A stretch of 64,000 nucleotides of DNA from Macrostomum lignano (taxonomy: Eukaryota), in NCBI GenBank assembly GCA_002269645.1, contig NIVC01002042.1:4374-68373 (forward strand). Reading direction: 5' to 3'. The position numbers and the translations under genes were made by a program. Under the pieces are notes generated by a model that saw nothing but the letters and a program-made list of their open reading frames with translations, was not told the origin of the DNA and did no database searches. Positions 63,362-64,000 of the stretch are shown piece by piece (the stretch's first letter is position 1; each line of letters starts with the position of its first letter).

Positions 63362-63839
63362 CTGACAGGTTTCTGGGCTCTAAGCAGGTCCGAGAACCGA
63401 GCAGGCCAAAAAGATTTCGCGCGCCATCATCTGATCGGTATCAAGTTTGAAAAGAAAGAAATACACAGGAGGGTTTGAGCAGGGCGCGCCCGCGAGCTGT
63501 CAGAAAAGCTAAAAATCCCTATTCTTCCCTTGATCTCAATGCGAGCTCCGCTGCCCGCAGTTGGCTTATCTTTCTACACGAATGAGTCCCAATTTCTGTG
63601 GATTCGAAGCCCACTGGCAGCAACTGGGACACGGCGCAATGGACATAGTTTTGCTTCCGCGTCGTTCAAATCCATTATTCCCGCGCATTCTGCTTTGGTG
63701 GCTGAGTTCTCTCATTTGAGTTGGCCCGCATTGGGACTGCTCTGGGGGTCGCATTATTTCCCTTTAATTTCTATAAATTGTTGTTTTCAATTGAGAGCAA
63801 ACAAAAAAATTTTGAGCCATCTTTTTTCGTCATCGATTG

Positions 63840-64000
63840 AAAGGATTGTCAAACTCCGGCCCGTGAAGCCTCTGTATCCGGCCTCGGGTCCTTTGAAACT
63901 TCACAATAGCAACCCGGATCACTCTTGGCTTGTGTCTCTTCTCAGCTCTCCTCTCTCTTCTCGCTTCTCTCGCTTCTCGCTTCTCTCTTCTTCTTCTCTT
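63840..64000. mobile_element. Second copy of the outer hAT-type MITE (cut by the window edge), without the nested insert
   Basis: CAAACTCCGGCCCG..GAAGCCTCT..CCTTTGAAACT..CACAATAGCAA..TGTCTCTTCTCAGCTCTCCTC aligns with 32210-32222 joined to 33233-33330. Confidence 0.65.

Overview
This is eukaryotic (animal) genomic DNA. It has spliceosomal GT-AG introns and no rRNA, tRNA gene, CRISPR array or prokaryotic operon. Three conserved genes can be rebuilt by hand with consistent splice phases. (1) The first five coding exons of a BRSK/SAD-1 kinase (minus strand, 2504-8887; the gene continues off the left edge). (2) A C1orf87-like degenerate EF-hand protein (minus strand, 10626 to about 18500; 5' end uncertain). 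(3) A complete CTDNEP1/Dullard phosphatase (plus strand, 37518-42868, 252 aa). There is also an orphan signal-peptide exon at 50962-51082. The most striking structure is an approximately 11 kb head-to-tail array of five Helitron-like non-autonomous units (20879-31872) inserted into a tRNA-derived SINE, which it splits in two. Each unit carries a terminal hairpin, asymmetric sub-terminal inverted repeats and a short (TTAGGG)n tract. The rest of the window holds about 20 unrelated mini- and microsatellites that fill introns almost end to end, several hAT-type MITEs (two with perfect 8-bp TSDs), a MADF-domain remnant and a recent 848-bp tandem duplication. The first coding exons of BRSK and CTDNEP1 lie in AT-rich islands and have AT-rich codons, while their downstream exons are GC3-rich. 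Nearly all long ORFs in the supplied track are translations of tandem repeats. GC-rich exons plus extreme minisatellite load would fit a Macrostomum-like flatworm, but that is only an inference. All homology calls come from recalled protein motifs, not database searches.
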